Sequence record: PQ805429.1
DNA from: Escherichia phage EK5
Length of the DNA stretch: 64,000 nt
Direction: 5' to 3' (one strand)
Shown: positions 18,748 to 29,798 of the stretch, one piece after another
Position numbering within the stretch: the first letter of the stretch is position 1
Layout: every line of letters starts with the position of its first letter
Program-made: the position numbers and the translations under genes
Notes under the pieces: model-generated
The model's input: only the letters and a program-made list of their open reading frames with translations
What the model was told of the DNA's origin: nothing
Database searches by the model: none

Positions 18748-21700
18748 TCACTCCTTAGGTCGAACTCTTACACGGAGTCTCGATTGACGCTTACTGCGTT
18801 CAAGCTTCTCTGACAATGAGCCACGTTTAATCTTAGGCTTCCCTTCGTCATTAAACTTCTCCAAGAACTGCAAGTACTCAGTACGATTTGTTGTCTTGTA
18901 AGAAGGAATCTTGATATCAGGATTCTCTTCAATCACACGTCTCATCTTCGCTACATCATCCCTACCAAGCAACTTACTCTTAGCCTGTTCAGCTGTAGAA
19001 CCAAAGATTTTCTCCAGTGCTCTAGATTTGTTACCACCTGCGGACGAAGCACCAAGTTTAGCAATGGCAGAGTAATCATCAGCACTAAACCAAGCTACTG
19101 GATTATCACCATACTTCTTCTTGTTTTCAGCAGCAGTCTGCAATGCACGTACAAAGCGACGGTTGTTACCAGCCTTATCTGCACCATGAACCCTGTCTAA
19201 AACTTCAGCCACACTAGCCAACTCATCCAAGCTCTTCCCACTCAAGAAAGCTTTCTCTACTTTATCAGCAAAGACCTCTTCCTGTTGTTTAATGCTTTCC
19301 AAGATATCAGAATTTGCTTGAGATTTTTCATCATCAGGCAGAGCAGAACGAATCTTCTCCATCTCCAATTCTTCCTCTTGCAGTTTCTTAATATCAGAGT
19401 CAACCTTCTGAGCCTCCTCAATAGCCTTCCTAGTATCCGCATCCAAGTTATCAAGCTTACCTTCAGTATCTCCAGTAACCTTAACAATCTCTTTCTCGAT
19501 AGGAGTCATTGATTCGTACTTCTTAGCAAACTTCTCAACATCAGCTTCGATACGAGAACGAGCATTCTGATGTTCAGTAGGAGTCATAGGTTTCTCAAGA
19601 AGTGCATAACGGTTGTCCATATAGGAACCAGCAAACGCTTCAGCATCCTCTCTAGATATGCCCTTATCTTCCATAGTACGCATCAGGCGGCGATGAATGT
19701 CATCACGTTGACGTTGTACTGCCATAAGATCATTCTCACGCTCTTGGGCCGCTTTAAGCTCTTCACTGCGCTTAACTCTCTTGTCCACATCAAACTTACG
19801 GTTCATCTCTTCCGCTTGCTCGTACATCTTGTTCCACTTGGCCTGACGAGCATCTTCCTCTGCATCAGTTAAACGACGCTGACGATCAAGGTAATCTGAC
19901 TCGGCGTTGTGGATACGTTCAATGTAACTACGGAACTTCTCTGGAGGAACTGGAGAGTTCTTGTCATGGTGAGCAGCCAACTGTTTCAATGTACGAGATT
20001 CCTGAGCCTCACGAACAGGTTTAGGTAAACCTTCCATCATCTTCTCAATCTCACTCTTCTGAGCTGCAATAGCCTCTAAAGTTTTACGTTCATTCTCAAC
20101 AGCAGCCTTAGCATCTGAACGAGCCTGAGCCTTTTTCCTGAGGGTAGCAAGACGTTCTTCACGAGCCTGTAAGTGCTTAGCAGCAGCTTCGTATTGAGAG
20201 TTCTTGTTAGCTTTGTTGAAGGCATTCACTTCTCTGTTGTAGGTGTTAATAAACCCATCCCAAATATCCTTCATCTGACCAACTTCCAAAGCCTCTTCCC
20301 TACCAGCCTTCTCTGAAGATTTAAACTTCCCATCTACAAAGTCATTCATCAGCTTACGCATAGCATCTTTCTGAGCAGGACGTAAAGGTTCTGAATCAAT
20401 CAAAGCATCAATCTCAGACTGAAGCTCTTTCTTCTGATCAACCAGTTTAGGAGCATCTTTCTTATCGAAAGCTTTGTTCTCTTCTAGAGCTTGTTGGTAC
20501 AGTCTATCAAACTCATCCTCACGCTGCTTCTGATACAACCTTTCAGCACGACGTTTCAGACTATCCAAGTTAGTTACGTTCCCACCTAAACCTTTCTCTT
20601 CAGCACGTAATGCCTTAGTAGCAATGTCTTCTGGCAGACCACGTTCTTTAACCCATTCAGCAAAATTAGTTCGTACAGTGTTGTTCTTAGCAGTAGCAAT
20701 ACCTTGCTGAGAGGCCAGCTGGTTACGAGCCATTTCTTCATGACGTTCAGTGTTGATAGCATTATCTTCCTGACGAATACGACGCATCAGTTCCTTAGGA
20801 TCGCCTTTATAAGCCAAGAAGTTTTCAGCAGTAGCTTTAGCTTTAGCAGCCTTAGAGTACAGAGAACGAGCAAAGCGTTCTGCACGATCTTTAGTAGCCT
20901 GACGAGCAGCACTAGACATAGCAGCTAAACGTTCTACACCACTTGCCGGTTTAACGTCCTGTACAGCTTCCTTAGGAGCTTTAGGAGCACGAGCAGGTAA
21001 TGGCTCAGCTTTGACTGTTGGTTCCTCTACGGTTGGTTCTGGAGCCTGTGCGGCCTCTTCTTGAGCACGTTGCTGTTCCATTGCACGACGCTCCTCTAGA
21101 GGGTTACGAGCAGGGAGAGGTTCAGCCCGTGGAGCTTGTTCGACCGGAGCTTCTTGAGCTGCTGCTGCCTCTTCTTCAGCGCGACGCTGTTCAGCCTGAC
21201 GGATAGCGCGTCTTTGCGCAACTAAATCACGAGCTGTGAGAGGGGTTTCTTGAGGAGTAGAAGAAGGAAGATTTTCTTCCGTCACAGTACTAGAAGAAGG
21301 CTCCCGAACCGGTTCGGTTTCCACGTCATTTTGCGTCTTAAATTTAATGTCATCAACAACTGGTTCTTCTTCCATCTTAGCACGAGCTTCATCAGCAGTA
21401 GATTTAGCACGAGCAACTTCCAAATCACCACGAGCCAGAGAGCGGATAGCTTCACTATTAGACTCTTGTTGCTTAACACGTTGAGAACGGGCACGCTGAG
21501 AAGAGAAGCGATTCAGAGCATATTTAGCAGCACCGAGAGTGTTCATCACCAGACTAGGAGAAGAAGCCTCACGGAATCCATCATCAGTCAAGGAAGTCCA
21601 ACCACGATCTTGGTTGCTCATGAATTTAGCTGTATTGTTCAGAGTGTAAGCATCTTGAATAGGATTAAAACCTTCAGGCATACCTTTCAGTTTCTTCAAC

Positions 21701-23169
21701 CCACCAATAGCTTTCTTCATCTCTGGAGAAACATTATCAGCCATCTTCTGTAGTTCAGCAGCTTTCTCTACAAAGTTATTAAAGTCTTCACCATCACGAG
21801 CTTTGAATCGATTTGCTTCATTGTAGAAAGTCTTGTAAGCATCAATGAAATCACGGTCAGCTTGTGTACGATTCTTAATATCAATCGGACTACCAGTAAA
21901 ATCACCAGAAGCTCGGAGAGAAGTTAATTCACGGTCTAGGTTATCTAGAACATCTGTAAGAGCTTTCGTATTGTCTTTGGTGTAATCAGCCATTGCATCC
22001 TTCATAGCAACAGCCTGCTTCTGGTTGTGCTCGTTGTCAGCGAATGCTTTACCACGAGTCTTAGCAGGAGAAGCTAAAGGGTTGAGGCCCGGAATGTTGG
22101 AATGTTCTTTCTGAACGGAAGCAGCTTTCTCAGCACGAGCTTGGTCAGTATTAAGAATACGCTGAGCAGCAGGAGAGTCTACAGCAACAGCATCTGTAAT
22201 ACGGAATCCATTCTCATCCAGAAGGTTCAGAGCAGAAGCAGCGTTAGCAGTTTCAGCTTTAGAGTAAGCTTCTTTCAGTTCATCAATATTCTTAGCACTA
22301 CGAATTAGTTCATCATCAGCAGCAATATCAGTCTTCGCATACTCTGGAGTGTTCTTGAAGACAGTAGAATCCGGACGGCTAATCAAACCATGAACCCCAC
22401 CAACTGCACCACCGAATGCAGCACCCATAGCCCCTTCTTCGATAACACCTTCCAATGTCTTAGCTAGATCGTTGTCGTCGCCATACTTGTTCTGAACTTC
22501 AGCAGCACCCACAAGAGCACCACCTTTAGCACCAGCCACTGCGTTACTAGCAACGTTCTGACCAATACGTCCAAGTGTGGACTCAGCTGTACCAACAGCA
22601 CCCGGAAGGATTCTCTGAGCCGCATAGTTAGCACCACCAACTAAGGCTGCATCTAGAATAGACTTATCCTCTCCCTCTTCAGGGGTTTGGTCTGCATATG
22701 CACGACCTGTCTCACGACCTGCGATGATAGCAGCAGCAGCCAATGGGTTAGCAACTGTCAAACCGATATCACCAGCAACGCCAGCATACTGACCGACAGT
22801 TTTACCAATCCCATCCTCAATCTTATCCATACGTTCTTTCAGAAGGTTCTGAGAGTTCTCTTGGATACGCTTACCATAACTAGTTTGTGCTCCAGCTAGA
22901 TTCTCACCAATCTCAACTAAACCACCAATACCTTTAGCAGCACTAGCTGCAATATTTGCACCACCAGATTGAAGAGCATTTGACACACCTTGAGCAAACT
23001 CACCTATAGCACCACGTTCTTCTTGTTGTGGTTGTGCTACTGGTTGTTCCTCAGGAATAGAGCCACCTGCTGCCTTATATTGTTCTCTCATTTGAGCTTG
23101 TTGCTCCGGAGAGGCATTCAGATACGCAGGAGCTTTGGAAGCTTCTTCCCACGGTTTAATGTTAGCCAT
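18748..23169 (-). CDS. large internal virion (ejection-type) protein
   Basis: ~1473 aa; start moved to ATG 23169 with RBS AAGGAG; Gly/Ala-rich hydrophobic N-terminal third, long Ala/Glu/Arg-rich coiled-coil middle; last gene of structural block. Confidence 0.45.
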   Translation of the reverse strand: MANIKPWEEASKAPAYLNASPEQQAQMREQYKAAGGSIPEEQPVAQPQQEERGAIGEFAQGVSNALQSGGANIAASAAKGIGGLVEIGENLAGAQTSYGKRIQENSQNLLKERMDKIEDGIGKTVGQYAGVAGDIGLTVANPLAAAAIIAGRETGRAYADQTPEEGEDKSILDAALVGGANYAAQRILPGAVGTAESTLGRIGQNVASNAVAGAKGGALVGAAEVQNKYGDDNDLAKTLEGVIEEGAMGAAFGGAVGGVHGLISRPDSTVFKNTPEYAKTDIAADDELIRSAKNIDELKEAYSKAETANAASALNLLDENGFRITDAVAVDSPAAQRILNTDQARAEKAASVQKEHSNIPGLNPLASPAKTRGKAFADNEHNQKQAVAMKDAMADYTKDNTKALTDVLDNLDRELTSLRASGDFTGSPIDIKNRTQADRDFIDAYKTFYNEANRFKARDGEDFNNFVEKAAELQKMADNVSPEMKKAIGGLKKLKGMPEGFNPIQDAYTLNNTAKFMSNQDRGWTSLTDDGFREASSPSLVMNTLGAAKYALNRFSSQRARSQRVKQQESNSEAIRSLARGDLEVARAKSTADEARAKMEEEPVVDDIKFKTQNDVETEPVREPSSSTVTEENLPSSTPQETPLTARDLVAQRRAIRQAEQRRAEEEAAAAQEAPVEQAPRAEPLPARNPLEERRAMEQQRAQEEAAQAPEPTVEEPTVKAEPLPARAPKAPKEAVQDVKPASGVERLAAMSSAARQATKDRAERFARSLYSKAAKAKATAENFLAYKGDPKELMRRIRQEDNAINTERHEEMARNQLASQQGIATAKNNTVRTNFAEWVKERGLPEDIATKALRAEEKGLGGNVTNLDSLKRRAERLYQKQREDEFDRLYQQALEENKAFDKKDAPKLVDQKKELQSEIDALIDSEPLRPAQKDAMRKLMNDFVDGKFKSSEKAGREEALEVGQMKDIWDGFINTYNREVNAFNKANKNSQYEAAAKHLQAREERLATLRKKAQARSDAKAAVENERKTLEAIAAQKSEIEKMMEGLPKPVREAQESRTLKQLAAHHDKNSPVPPEKFRSYIERIHNAESDYLDRQRRLTDAEEDARQAKWNKMYEQAEEMNRKFDVDKRVKRSEELKAAQERENDLMAVQRQRDDIHRRLMRTMEDKGISREDAEAFAGSYMDNRYALLEKPMTPTEHQNARSRIEADVEKFAKKYESMTPIEKEIVKVTGDTEGKLDNLDADTRKAIEEAQKVDSDIKKLQEEELEMEKIRSALPDDEKSQANSDILESIKQQEEVFADKVEKAFLSGKSLDELASVAEVLDRVHGADKAGNNRRFVRALQTAAENKKKYGDNPVAWFSADDYSAIAKLGASSAGGNKSRALEKIFGSTAEQAKSKLLGRDDVAKMRRVIEENPDIKIPSYKTTNRTEYLQFLEKFNDEGKPKIKRGSLSEKLERSKRQSRLRVRVRPKE

Positions 23170-23207
23170 AACGTCTCCTTTTATAAATAAAAATGTCCTA
23201 CCCCCTA

Positions 23208-23216
23208 TATACATTA
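23208..23216 (-). promoter_or_regulatory. TAATGTATA motif (minus sense)
   Basis: Reverse complement of TATACATTA, 39 nt upstream of ATG 23169. Confidence 0.45.
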
Positions 23217-23236
23217 TGGAAGGCAGGACTTAGGTC

Positions 23237-24892
23237 TTATTGAGTAAACCAGCTAGTGTCTTCGACAGCTGATAAAGCACCATTAAGCTTAGGATTGGTT
23301 GCTGCACCACCAACTGCTTCTTCTGCTTGTTCAGAGAAAACACCTAGAGGGTCATAGAAACCACCAGAAGGGATTGCACGGTTAACCAATGCAGTAGCTC
23401 TCTTCTTATCCATACCAGAACCGATGTAAGCTTCAATCGTAGCTCTCTTAGCATCAGCAACACCTTTCATTGCAGAGGTGTGACCAACGTTAGCTTGCTT
23501 ACGAGCATAAGCAAGAGCAGAATCAGTAGGACGCCATCCAGACTTCAGTGCAAACTTGTTGCCAACACGAACGAAGATTGATGGGTCTTCTGCAAAGTGC
23601 CCCAAGTCTTCTTCGGTAAGAGAACGAGTAGCACCGATTTCAGCCCTTGCGGAGTTCATGATAGCCTGCATGTAAGCAGAACGAGCTGTCTGATAGTCTT
23701 TATCCTTAACAGCCTTATCAGCCAAATCCAAGTCTTTATTAGACTGGTTAAACAGGCCACCTTTCTCTGCCCACTGCTTAGCAACCGTACCTTCAGCTGT
23801 ATTCTGAGCAAGACGAACTTCTTTCGGGTTAAAGTTAAAACTCTGAGCAGCTTGTTCAGCACGTTCAGCCTTAACCTTATCACGATAACCAATCAACTCT
23901 TTCTGACGTTCAAAGTTCATGTTAGCTCTTTCTTCAGCGGCACGACGAGTTTCATCAGCACGCTCACGCATAGTTTGCTCTTGAATCTGTTGACGTCTAT
24001 CCCATTCAGCATTTTGTCGTTCTTCACGAGCAGCATACAGCGCTTCTTTCTGAGCAGGGTCTACAGCTCTCATCTTCAGTAGAGACGGGTCTCCGTTAGC
24101 AATAGCAGCTGCGATTGAGTCTTGAGAGAAGCCTTGTTCAATCAGAGCATCACGGTTAGCTTCCAGTTGCTTCTTAGTCTCATCTTGATTAGCCATTCCC
24201 TGACCAATCTGGAAAGCTTCAATAGGAGACTTACCTGACATAATGGAAAGACCTACACCCATCAAACCTGTGTAGAAACTGGAGTTTTGGTAGAATGGTT
24301 CTTTCTGTAGTTTGTTCCAAGCTTCCGAAGGGTCTTTAGCTTTCGCAACTTGCAAGATATCATTGTTAACACGTTCCTGATCTTTAGCACGAGTAGCAGC
24401 AGTCATTCCATCACCAGTGTCTTGTCCTTGAGCAAGAGTGTTAATCACACCTTGTGCCTGTTCCACCTGAGAAGGAGTAAACTCCATAGGACCAGCTTCT
24501 AACGGTTTAGTAGGAGGTGTTACCGGAAGAGGGTCACTAGGCATAAGCCCAGCATCCTGTAAACCTTGATCAGTGGATAGGTTAGGGTTAGACGCTACAG
24601 GGGCCGGTGCTCCAATATCAATACCCTGAAGACTGGTAGGAGTTCCTTGATTCTGCTGTTCCATAAGACGTTGCTGGAACCCCGGATTAACCATAGCATC
24701 CTGATCTTCTTCTGCCTGAGAGACAAGACCCGCAAGAGATGAAGGTACAGCAGGACGTTGATACATAGAAATATCTGCTGTCTGAGTTGGTCTAGCCATA
24801 TAAGGAGAGGCCGAAGCCGCTCCCGGATTAACACCATAGAAAGTATTTCTCGGGTCACGACTTCTGACCTGAGCGTAAGTTGTCTGTTGCAT
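23237..24892 (-). CDS. virion structural protein
   Basis: 551 aa, RBS AGGAGA, coiled-coil central region, within structural operon. Confidence 0.4.
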   Translation of the reverse strand: MQQTTYAQVRSRDPRNTFYGVNPGAASASPYMARPTQTADISMYQRPAVPSSLAGLVSQAEEDQDAMVNPGFQQRLMEQQNQGTPTSLQGIDIGAPAPVASNPNLSTDQGLQDAGLMPSDPLPVTPPTKPLEAGPMEFTPSQVEQAQGVINTLAQGQDTGDGMTAATRAKDQERVNNDILQVAKAKDPSEAWNKLQKEPFYQNSSFYTGLMGVGLSIMSGKSPIEAFQIGQGMANQDETKKQLEANRDALIEQGFSQDSIAAAIANGDPSLLKMRAVDPAQKEALYAAREERQNAEWDRRQQIQEQTMRERADETRRAAEERANMNFERQKELIGYRDKVKAERAEQAAQSFNFNPKEVRLAQNTAEGTVAKQWAEKGGLFNQSNKDLDLADKAVKDKDYQTARSAYMQAIMNSARAEIGATRSLTEEDLGHFAEDPSIFVRVGNKFALKSGWRPTDSALAYARKQANVGHTSAMKGVADAKRATIEAYIGSGMDKKRATALVNRAIPSGGFYDPLGVFSEQAEEAVGGAATNPKLNGALSAVEDTSWFTQ

Positions 24893-24905
24893 ATATGTCT
24901 CCTAA

Positions 24906-25874
24906 TTAAGTACTAGCCAACCCACCGATTACACCCCCAGCTAATGCACCCCAAGGCCCAAAGGAAGAACCTGCTGCTGCACCACTCATAGCCCCACCTA
25001 AGAAGCCACCGCCACCACCAGATGTTTTAGTAGTTGTAGTTTGTCCGAGAGCGCCATTAAGTACACCTGCTGCACCGAGTTGGTTATTGATATCTTGCCA
25101 TCCCCAATTAGCTGCGTTCTGAGCATTCTGGTAGGCATTATCATATTCATTCTGTTGTTGCTGTTGTTGCTGCAACCCTGCATTCCATTGATTCATTATT
25201 TGCTGTTGAGACAAATTAGCACCCTGCTGACCTAGGTTAGAAAGGTTAGAACCAATATTAGAAAGACCAGAGAGAGCAGCTGCCTGATTCTGTCTATTAC
25301 CAGAGAGGATGCTTTCAGCTTGGCTAATAGCCGAGTTATAGGCACTATTGGTAATATCTGTTGCTTGGCCTTGCATCTGATTCAGAGCATCACCTTGGGC
25401 AAAAGACTTAGCCATACGAGCACCTGAACCTTGTTGACCAGCAAACTGTTGAGCTAACTGAGGAAGAGCATTACGTGCCAAGTTCTGTTGAACCTGTTCA
25501 TTATTAGCTGTAATGGCTGCCTGAACAGCATCGTCGTCATACAGTTGACCAGCAAGAGCACCAATCTGTTCTCCAGTAATCCCTCCTTGTCCAGAGAGGC
25601 TCTGATAGCCTTTATAGGCGTTATCGAGATACCCTAACCCTTGACCTGCTGCATCCATATATTGCTGTGAGAGAGTGCCTAAAGCTCCAGATTGTGCTAG
25701 GTTATTAAGTGCCTCTGTCTGATTATTATTAAACCCTACATTGTCACGATAAACATAATCCCCTGAACTAGTATTACCAATCTGTTGGTTAAGCTGGTCA
25801 ATATACTGTTGAATGTATTCAGGGCGAATCATTTGGGAAGTAGTTTTACTACCCCCGCCTCCGAAAAGTCCCAT
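24906..25874 (-). CDS. Gln/Asn/Gly-rich virion protein (paralog of 25887-26939)
   Basis: 322 aa; M.LFG...S.TT N-terminus, poly-Q stretch, Gly-rich hydrophobic C-terminus. Confidence 0.45.
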   Translation of the reverse strand: MGLFGGGGSKTTSQMIRPEYIQQYIDQLNQQIGNTSSGDYVYRDNVGFNNNQTEALNNLAQSGALGTLSQQYMDAAGQGLGYLDNAYKGYQSLSGQGGITGEQIGALAGQLYDDDAVQAAITANNEQVQQNLARNALPQLAQQFAGQQGSGARMAKSFAQGDALNQMQGQATDITNSAYNSAISQAESILSGNRQNQAAALSGLSNIGSNLSNLGQQGANLSQQQIMNQWNAGLQQQQQQQNEYDNAYQNAQNAANWGWQDINNQLGAAGVLNGALGQTTTTKTSGGGGGFLGGAMSGAAAGSSFGPWGALAGGVIGGLAST

Positions 25875-25886
25875 ATCAAATCTCCT

Positions 25887-26939
25887 TTAGTTTGCTCCAA
25901 ATGCCCCTAAGACACCACCTAAGATATTACTACCTGCTGTGGATAACCAGTTAGACTGACCTTTCTGTTGAGAAAGATTAGAACCACCAATCATAGGACC
26001 AGCCATTCCAGATTGCCCACCTGAGTTGTTATAGGAACTCCAAGCATTCTGAGTCTGTTGATTAGGAGAGAAAGCACCCATACGACCTGCAATACCTAAT
26101 CCAGTGATACCAGCACCTAGGAGCTGTTGTCCAGTATTAACCCCCGGAGCAGCATTCTTAATTGTATACCCAGCCATTGGGCTTACGCTATTTAATACAT
26201 TAAGTTGGTTGTTAAGCTGATTCCACCCATACTGCTGAGAGCCAATAGCGTTCTGCCAATTAATATCAGCTTGAGCTTGGGCTTGTTGTTGTTGTAGATT
26301 ACCAGCCATGAGTTGATTCTGGATAGCTTGTTGAGTTGCCTGAACACCTTGAGCACCAAGATTGAGATTCTGTCCAGCCAATCCTGACTGAGCGCCAAGT
26401 AAGCCTCTCTGGAAGTTTTGATCTTGTTGAAGAGCACTTACACCCATATTCTTACCACTGATAGTACGAGACAGGTTAGTGTTAGCACCATTCAAAGCAG
26501 CCCCTTGAGCCGCAGCCCTACGGAGAGAGCCAGAGTCAGAGCCATTGCCAAGAGAGACATTAGAAGCTGCTTTGCTAGTAGCTTGTGCAAGGGCTGAGTT
26601 ATTCAAACCTTTACTAAAGTTATTAACCCCTTCAGCCGTTACTCCACCACCATTAACAATATTCTGATACTGCTGGGCAAGAGCATTTAATTGGTCTAAC
26701 CCTTGCTGTGTACGAGGCGTGTACATATCAGCCAATTGCTTCTGAGTAGTAGAAGCTGCTAAGTTGTTCAGAGCACCTTGTTGGTTGCCATTAAACCCAG
26801 CCAGCTGTTGGGAGATGAATCCCGGATCGTTGTTCTGCATATTCTGAGCATTAGCAACAATCTGCTTCAGCAGGGCATCAACCTGAGAGGAAGGGGCCAC
26901 TGTGGTTTTGCTAGAAGCTGATTTTCCAAATAAAGACAT
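25887..26939 (-). CDS. Gln/Asn/Gly-rich virion protein
   Basis: 350 aa; same architecture as downstream paralog. Confidence 0.45.
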   Translation of the reverse strand: MSLFGKSASSKTTVAPSSQVDALLKQIVANAQNMQNNDPGFISQQLAGFNGNQQGALNNLAASTTQKQLADMYTPRTQQGLDQLNALAQQYQNIVNGGGVTAEGVNNFSKGLNNSALAQATSKAASNVSLGNGSDSGSLRRAAAQGAALNGANTNLSRTISGKNMGVSALQQDQNFQRGLLGAQSGLAGQNLNLGAQGVQATQQAIQNQLMAGNLQQQQAQAQADINWQNAIGSQQYGWNQLNNQLNVLNSVSPMAGYTIKNAAPGVNTGQQLLGAGITGLGIAGRMGAFSPNQQTQNAWSSYNNSGGQSGMAGPMIGGSNLSQQKGQSNWLSTAGSNILGGVLGAFGAN

Positions 26940-26958
26940 AAGTCCTCCTTAAAGATTA

Positions 26959-27741
26959 TTACTTTACACCAATGCTAGCCAAACGTCTGAGCACTGCTTG
27001 TGTTTGTGGACTGTACTGAGAACCTGCTGCATGTGGTGCACTTGCCCTCTGAACTGTTTGAGAAGTCGGAGGTTTACCAGCAAGCATAGCAGCTACACCT
27101 AATACTGCATTACCAAAGTTCTGTTGAGGCTTCTGATCTTCCCCTTCTTGTACTTCATCAGAGTAAAACTCTACCGGATTACCACCTAAAGCACCTGTCT
27201 TAGAAGCAGCAATCTCTGCCTGAGTGGGAGCTTGTGCAGCCTTCTCTCTGTCTAACAAGTCAGGGTTAAACTGATTGACTGGTTGAACAGCTTGCAAAGC
27301 TCCAATTGGGTTAGCAATCTGAGAAGCTGCATCACCGTAAAAAGGAAGAAAGTGTTTGTTGTTCATTGAGTCTAGAGCCTGAGGGGTAAACCCTTTCTTA
27401 CCAGCAAACATCTGCCTAGCACCCCCTGTCCCTTCAGAGTAACCAACCATTGCTTTCTTAACATCGCCATTAAAAGCTTTTAAGTTATCTCTGATATAAC
27501 GAGCACCCATGTCAATATTCTTTGCTGGGTCCAGTCTATCTTCTAGTTTGTATCCATAGTCTTTAGCCAATCCTTTACTGATCTGCATTAAACCTACAGG
27601 ACCAGTTCCAGAGGCTACTTTAGGACGTCCACTAGACTCTCTTTGGATTACAGCATGAATCAAAGCAGCAGGAATCCCATACTTCTTTGAAGCTTGCTGT
27701 ACCATTGGGTCTAGTTCTTCGATACCCATTCTAATTGCCAT
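26959..27741 (-). CDS. SLT-domain lytic transglycosylase (virion-associated)
   Basis: IPAALIHAVIQRESSGRP...GLMQI matches the SLT catalytic E-S and GLMQ motifs. Confidence 0.75.
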   Translation of the reverse strand: MAIRMGIEELDPMVQQASKKYGIPAALIHAVIQRESSGRPKVASGTGPVGLMQISKGLAKDYGYKLEDRLDPAKNIDMGARYIRDNLKAFNGDVKKAMVGYSEGTGGARQMFAGKKGFTPQALDSMNNKHFLPFYGDAASQIANPIGALQAVQPVNQFNPDLLDREKAAQAPTQAEIAASKTGALGGNPVEFYSDEVQEGEDQKPQQNFGNAVLGVAAMLAGKPPTSQTVQRASAPHAAGSQYSPQTQAVLRRLASIGVK

Positions 27742-27750
27742 AATATCTCC

Positions 27751-28785
27751 TTATTGTATACTCCTGAATATCTTTCTAGCATCTAATACTGGAATACTCA
27801 ACCCGAGGGCACCACCCCCTCCTAAATCATATTGACTACTCCAAGAGTAAATCATCCTTCCGAAACCTGTACCGAAAGAAGAGCCATTCATCATGTGAGA
27901 TCTTGTGTGTTGAAAATACCAACCACTAGCCTTGCCCCTTATTGCTCCTGCTCCGTAAGATAGTGGTATCATTGGATAGGCCAGAGATGTGTTACCGCCA
28001 CTCATAGGCATAAATCCCTCAACACTAAAAGGGGTTCTATATGTAGAAAATACACACTGAGACCCATTTGGAGAGAAGATATTTAAACCCCCATTGTGGG
28101 TTGGTACTCCAGAACCATCACAGAAGACGGCAATTCTAACACCACCAATGTATCCTGTTTGGTTTGTGTTACCATTATCATGAGATCTGTTCTGGTACAC
28201 ATAAACAACCCTATTGGATGGATTGTATAGCAGCCCTGCTCCACCGTTACTCCAATTCGCGTAGACAGTTGCTCGGCTCATATCAAAACCACCAATATCT
28301 GGTATTTGAAGAGAACCATTTATGTCACCCTCCCAAGCCCAAATACATTGACCAACAACCCCAGAATCGGATATTGAGAAATAGTCAGCAGAGTTGGAGA
28401 ATGTGATTCCATAATTCCTGTTAGCTCTAGGCCATATTTGATACACATTAAAAGCCATATCAAATACCCAACCGTTTACATTATAGTCCATAGTAACTCT
28501 GAAGGTTGAGTTATTAATAACAGATATATCCGTTATCCAATACACATCAGACGTTACGTTAGGAGGTATGTATCTCTCCCAAACAACAGACCCTGTTGGA
28601 ACTACAACTATCTGACCACTACCATCCCAACCACTTATAGGCAAGTCACAGGTATTTCCACTAAAAGAGAAATTCCCACTGACTCTATTTCTGAGTTGAG
28701 GGAATGTGCTACCACTATCGATGTAAATATCAGCAGGTGCCGCTGGACCCGGACCAACCGGGCGTGTCCATATTCCATATGCCAT
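27751..28785 (-). CDS. virion structural protein
   Basis: 344 aa in structural operon, RBS GGGAG. Confidence 0.4.
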   Translation of the reverse strand: MAYGIWTRPVGPGPAAPADIYIDSGSTFPQLRNRVSGNFSFSGNTCDLPISGWDGSGQIVVVPTGSVVWERYIPPNVTSDVYWITDISVINNSTFRVTMDYNVNGWVFDMAFNVYQIWPRANRNYGITFSNSADYFSISDSGVVGQCIWAWEGDINGSLQIPDIGGFDMSRATVYANWSNGGAGLLYNPSNRVVYVYQNRSHDNGNTNQTGYIGGVRIAVFCDGSGVPTHNGGLNIFSPNGSQCVFSTYRTPFSVEGFMPMSGGNTSLAYPMIPLSYGAGAIRGKASGWYFQHTRSHMMNGSSFGTGFGRMIYSWSSQYDLGGGGALGLSIPVLDARKIFRSIQ

Positions 28786-28786
28786 G

Positions 28787-29755
28787 TTACCAACTCCCTA
28801 TTCTTATGCGAAGAGTTCCACTCCCATCATAAAAATCTATTCTATTACCATTCATCCACAACTGAGAACCACCTGTACCACCCATAACAAAATCACCACC
28901 AACAGTAAGTCTCCAGTTAGAACCCCACATAGAACCAGCAGTGATTTTATCCGCTGATAAGTTCTGAATCTGAGCATTGGAGATAGATACGTTATCAATC
29001 TGTGCCCATTGGATCCTAGCGTTGGCAATCTGAGCAGTTGTGATGTTGACGTTCTTTATGTCAGCGAATTCCATCCTAGCTCGCCCACCCTCAAATACGA
29101 AGGGGGTATTCCCAGAGCTGCCATCACCAACAATAAATTTGTTAGCTGTTACTTGGAATTGACTGTTTGTTCCGTTGTTAGTTAACTTGACCCCAGCATA
29201 TCTTCCGTTGACTGTAGAGTTAACACCCCACGTAGCTTCATACTCAGAGAGTTTCATATACTGAGAAAGGCTTCCGTTGATATTTTGCAGTTCTGTCTGA
29301 ACAAGAGCAATCTCTTGACCTTGATCGTTAACAATACCTTCTACTGTCTGAATTTTAGTTGTGTTACCTTCGATGCTGGTCTTAAAACCAGATACAGTGC
29401 TTTCTAGCTTCACAGGGGGTTGAACAGAATTATCCCAAATGTCCTCAGTGGACAGGTTCCCCATCTGGGTTTGGATATCTGCAATAGCTGTTTCTATCTC
29501 TGTAGTAATTCTATTCTCAAGCTCATCAAATTGTAGATTCATTGCATTAAGAGCTTTAATACGAACATCAATCTCTTCGTGAATTTCATCTATAGCTTGG
29601 AACATTTGGTTAGTAGCTGTGCTAACTTTTTGTAATTCATCATACACGGCTACGTTATATGTTTCTGTGTCCTGTACATTATTGAGAAACCCAACGTTGT
29701 ACGGGAGTGTGGTGTTGTTGCGACCAGTATTCTTACGAAAACCACCTGCACCCAT
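28787..29755 (-). CDS. tail-associated structural protein
   Basis: Start moved to ATG 29755 (RBS GGAGG), removing overlap with upstream gene; N-terminal coiled coil. Confidence 0.4.
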   Translation of the reverse strand: MGAGGFRKNTGRNNTTLPYNVGFLNNVQDTETYNVAVYDELQKVSTATNQMFQAIDEIHEEIDVRIKALNAMNLQFDELENRITTEIETAIADIQTQMGNLSTEDIWDNSVQPPVKLESTVSGFKTSIEGNTTKIQTVEGIVNDQGQEIALVQTELQNINGSLSQYMKLSEYEATWGVNSTVNGRYAGVKLTNNGTNSQFQVTANKFIVGDGSSGNTPFVFEGGRARMEFADIKNVNITTAQIANARIQWAQIDNVSISNAQIQNLSADKITAGSMWGSNWRLTVGGDFVMGGTGGSQLWMNGNRIDFYDGSGTLRIRIGSW

Positions 29756-29798
29756 AAGTTCCTCCAAAACAATAAAAGGGGCACGAAGCCCCTTGTTG

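Noticed and set aside
18748-23169. Tape-measure protein interpretation for the ~1470-aa protein
   Set aside because: No tail tube, sheath or baseplate genes are present and the fibre/lysozyme set looks podovirus-like; an internal ejection protein is more plausible, though unverified.
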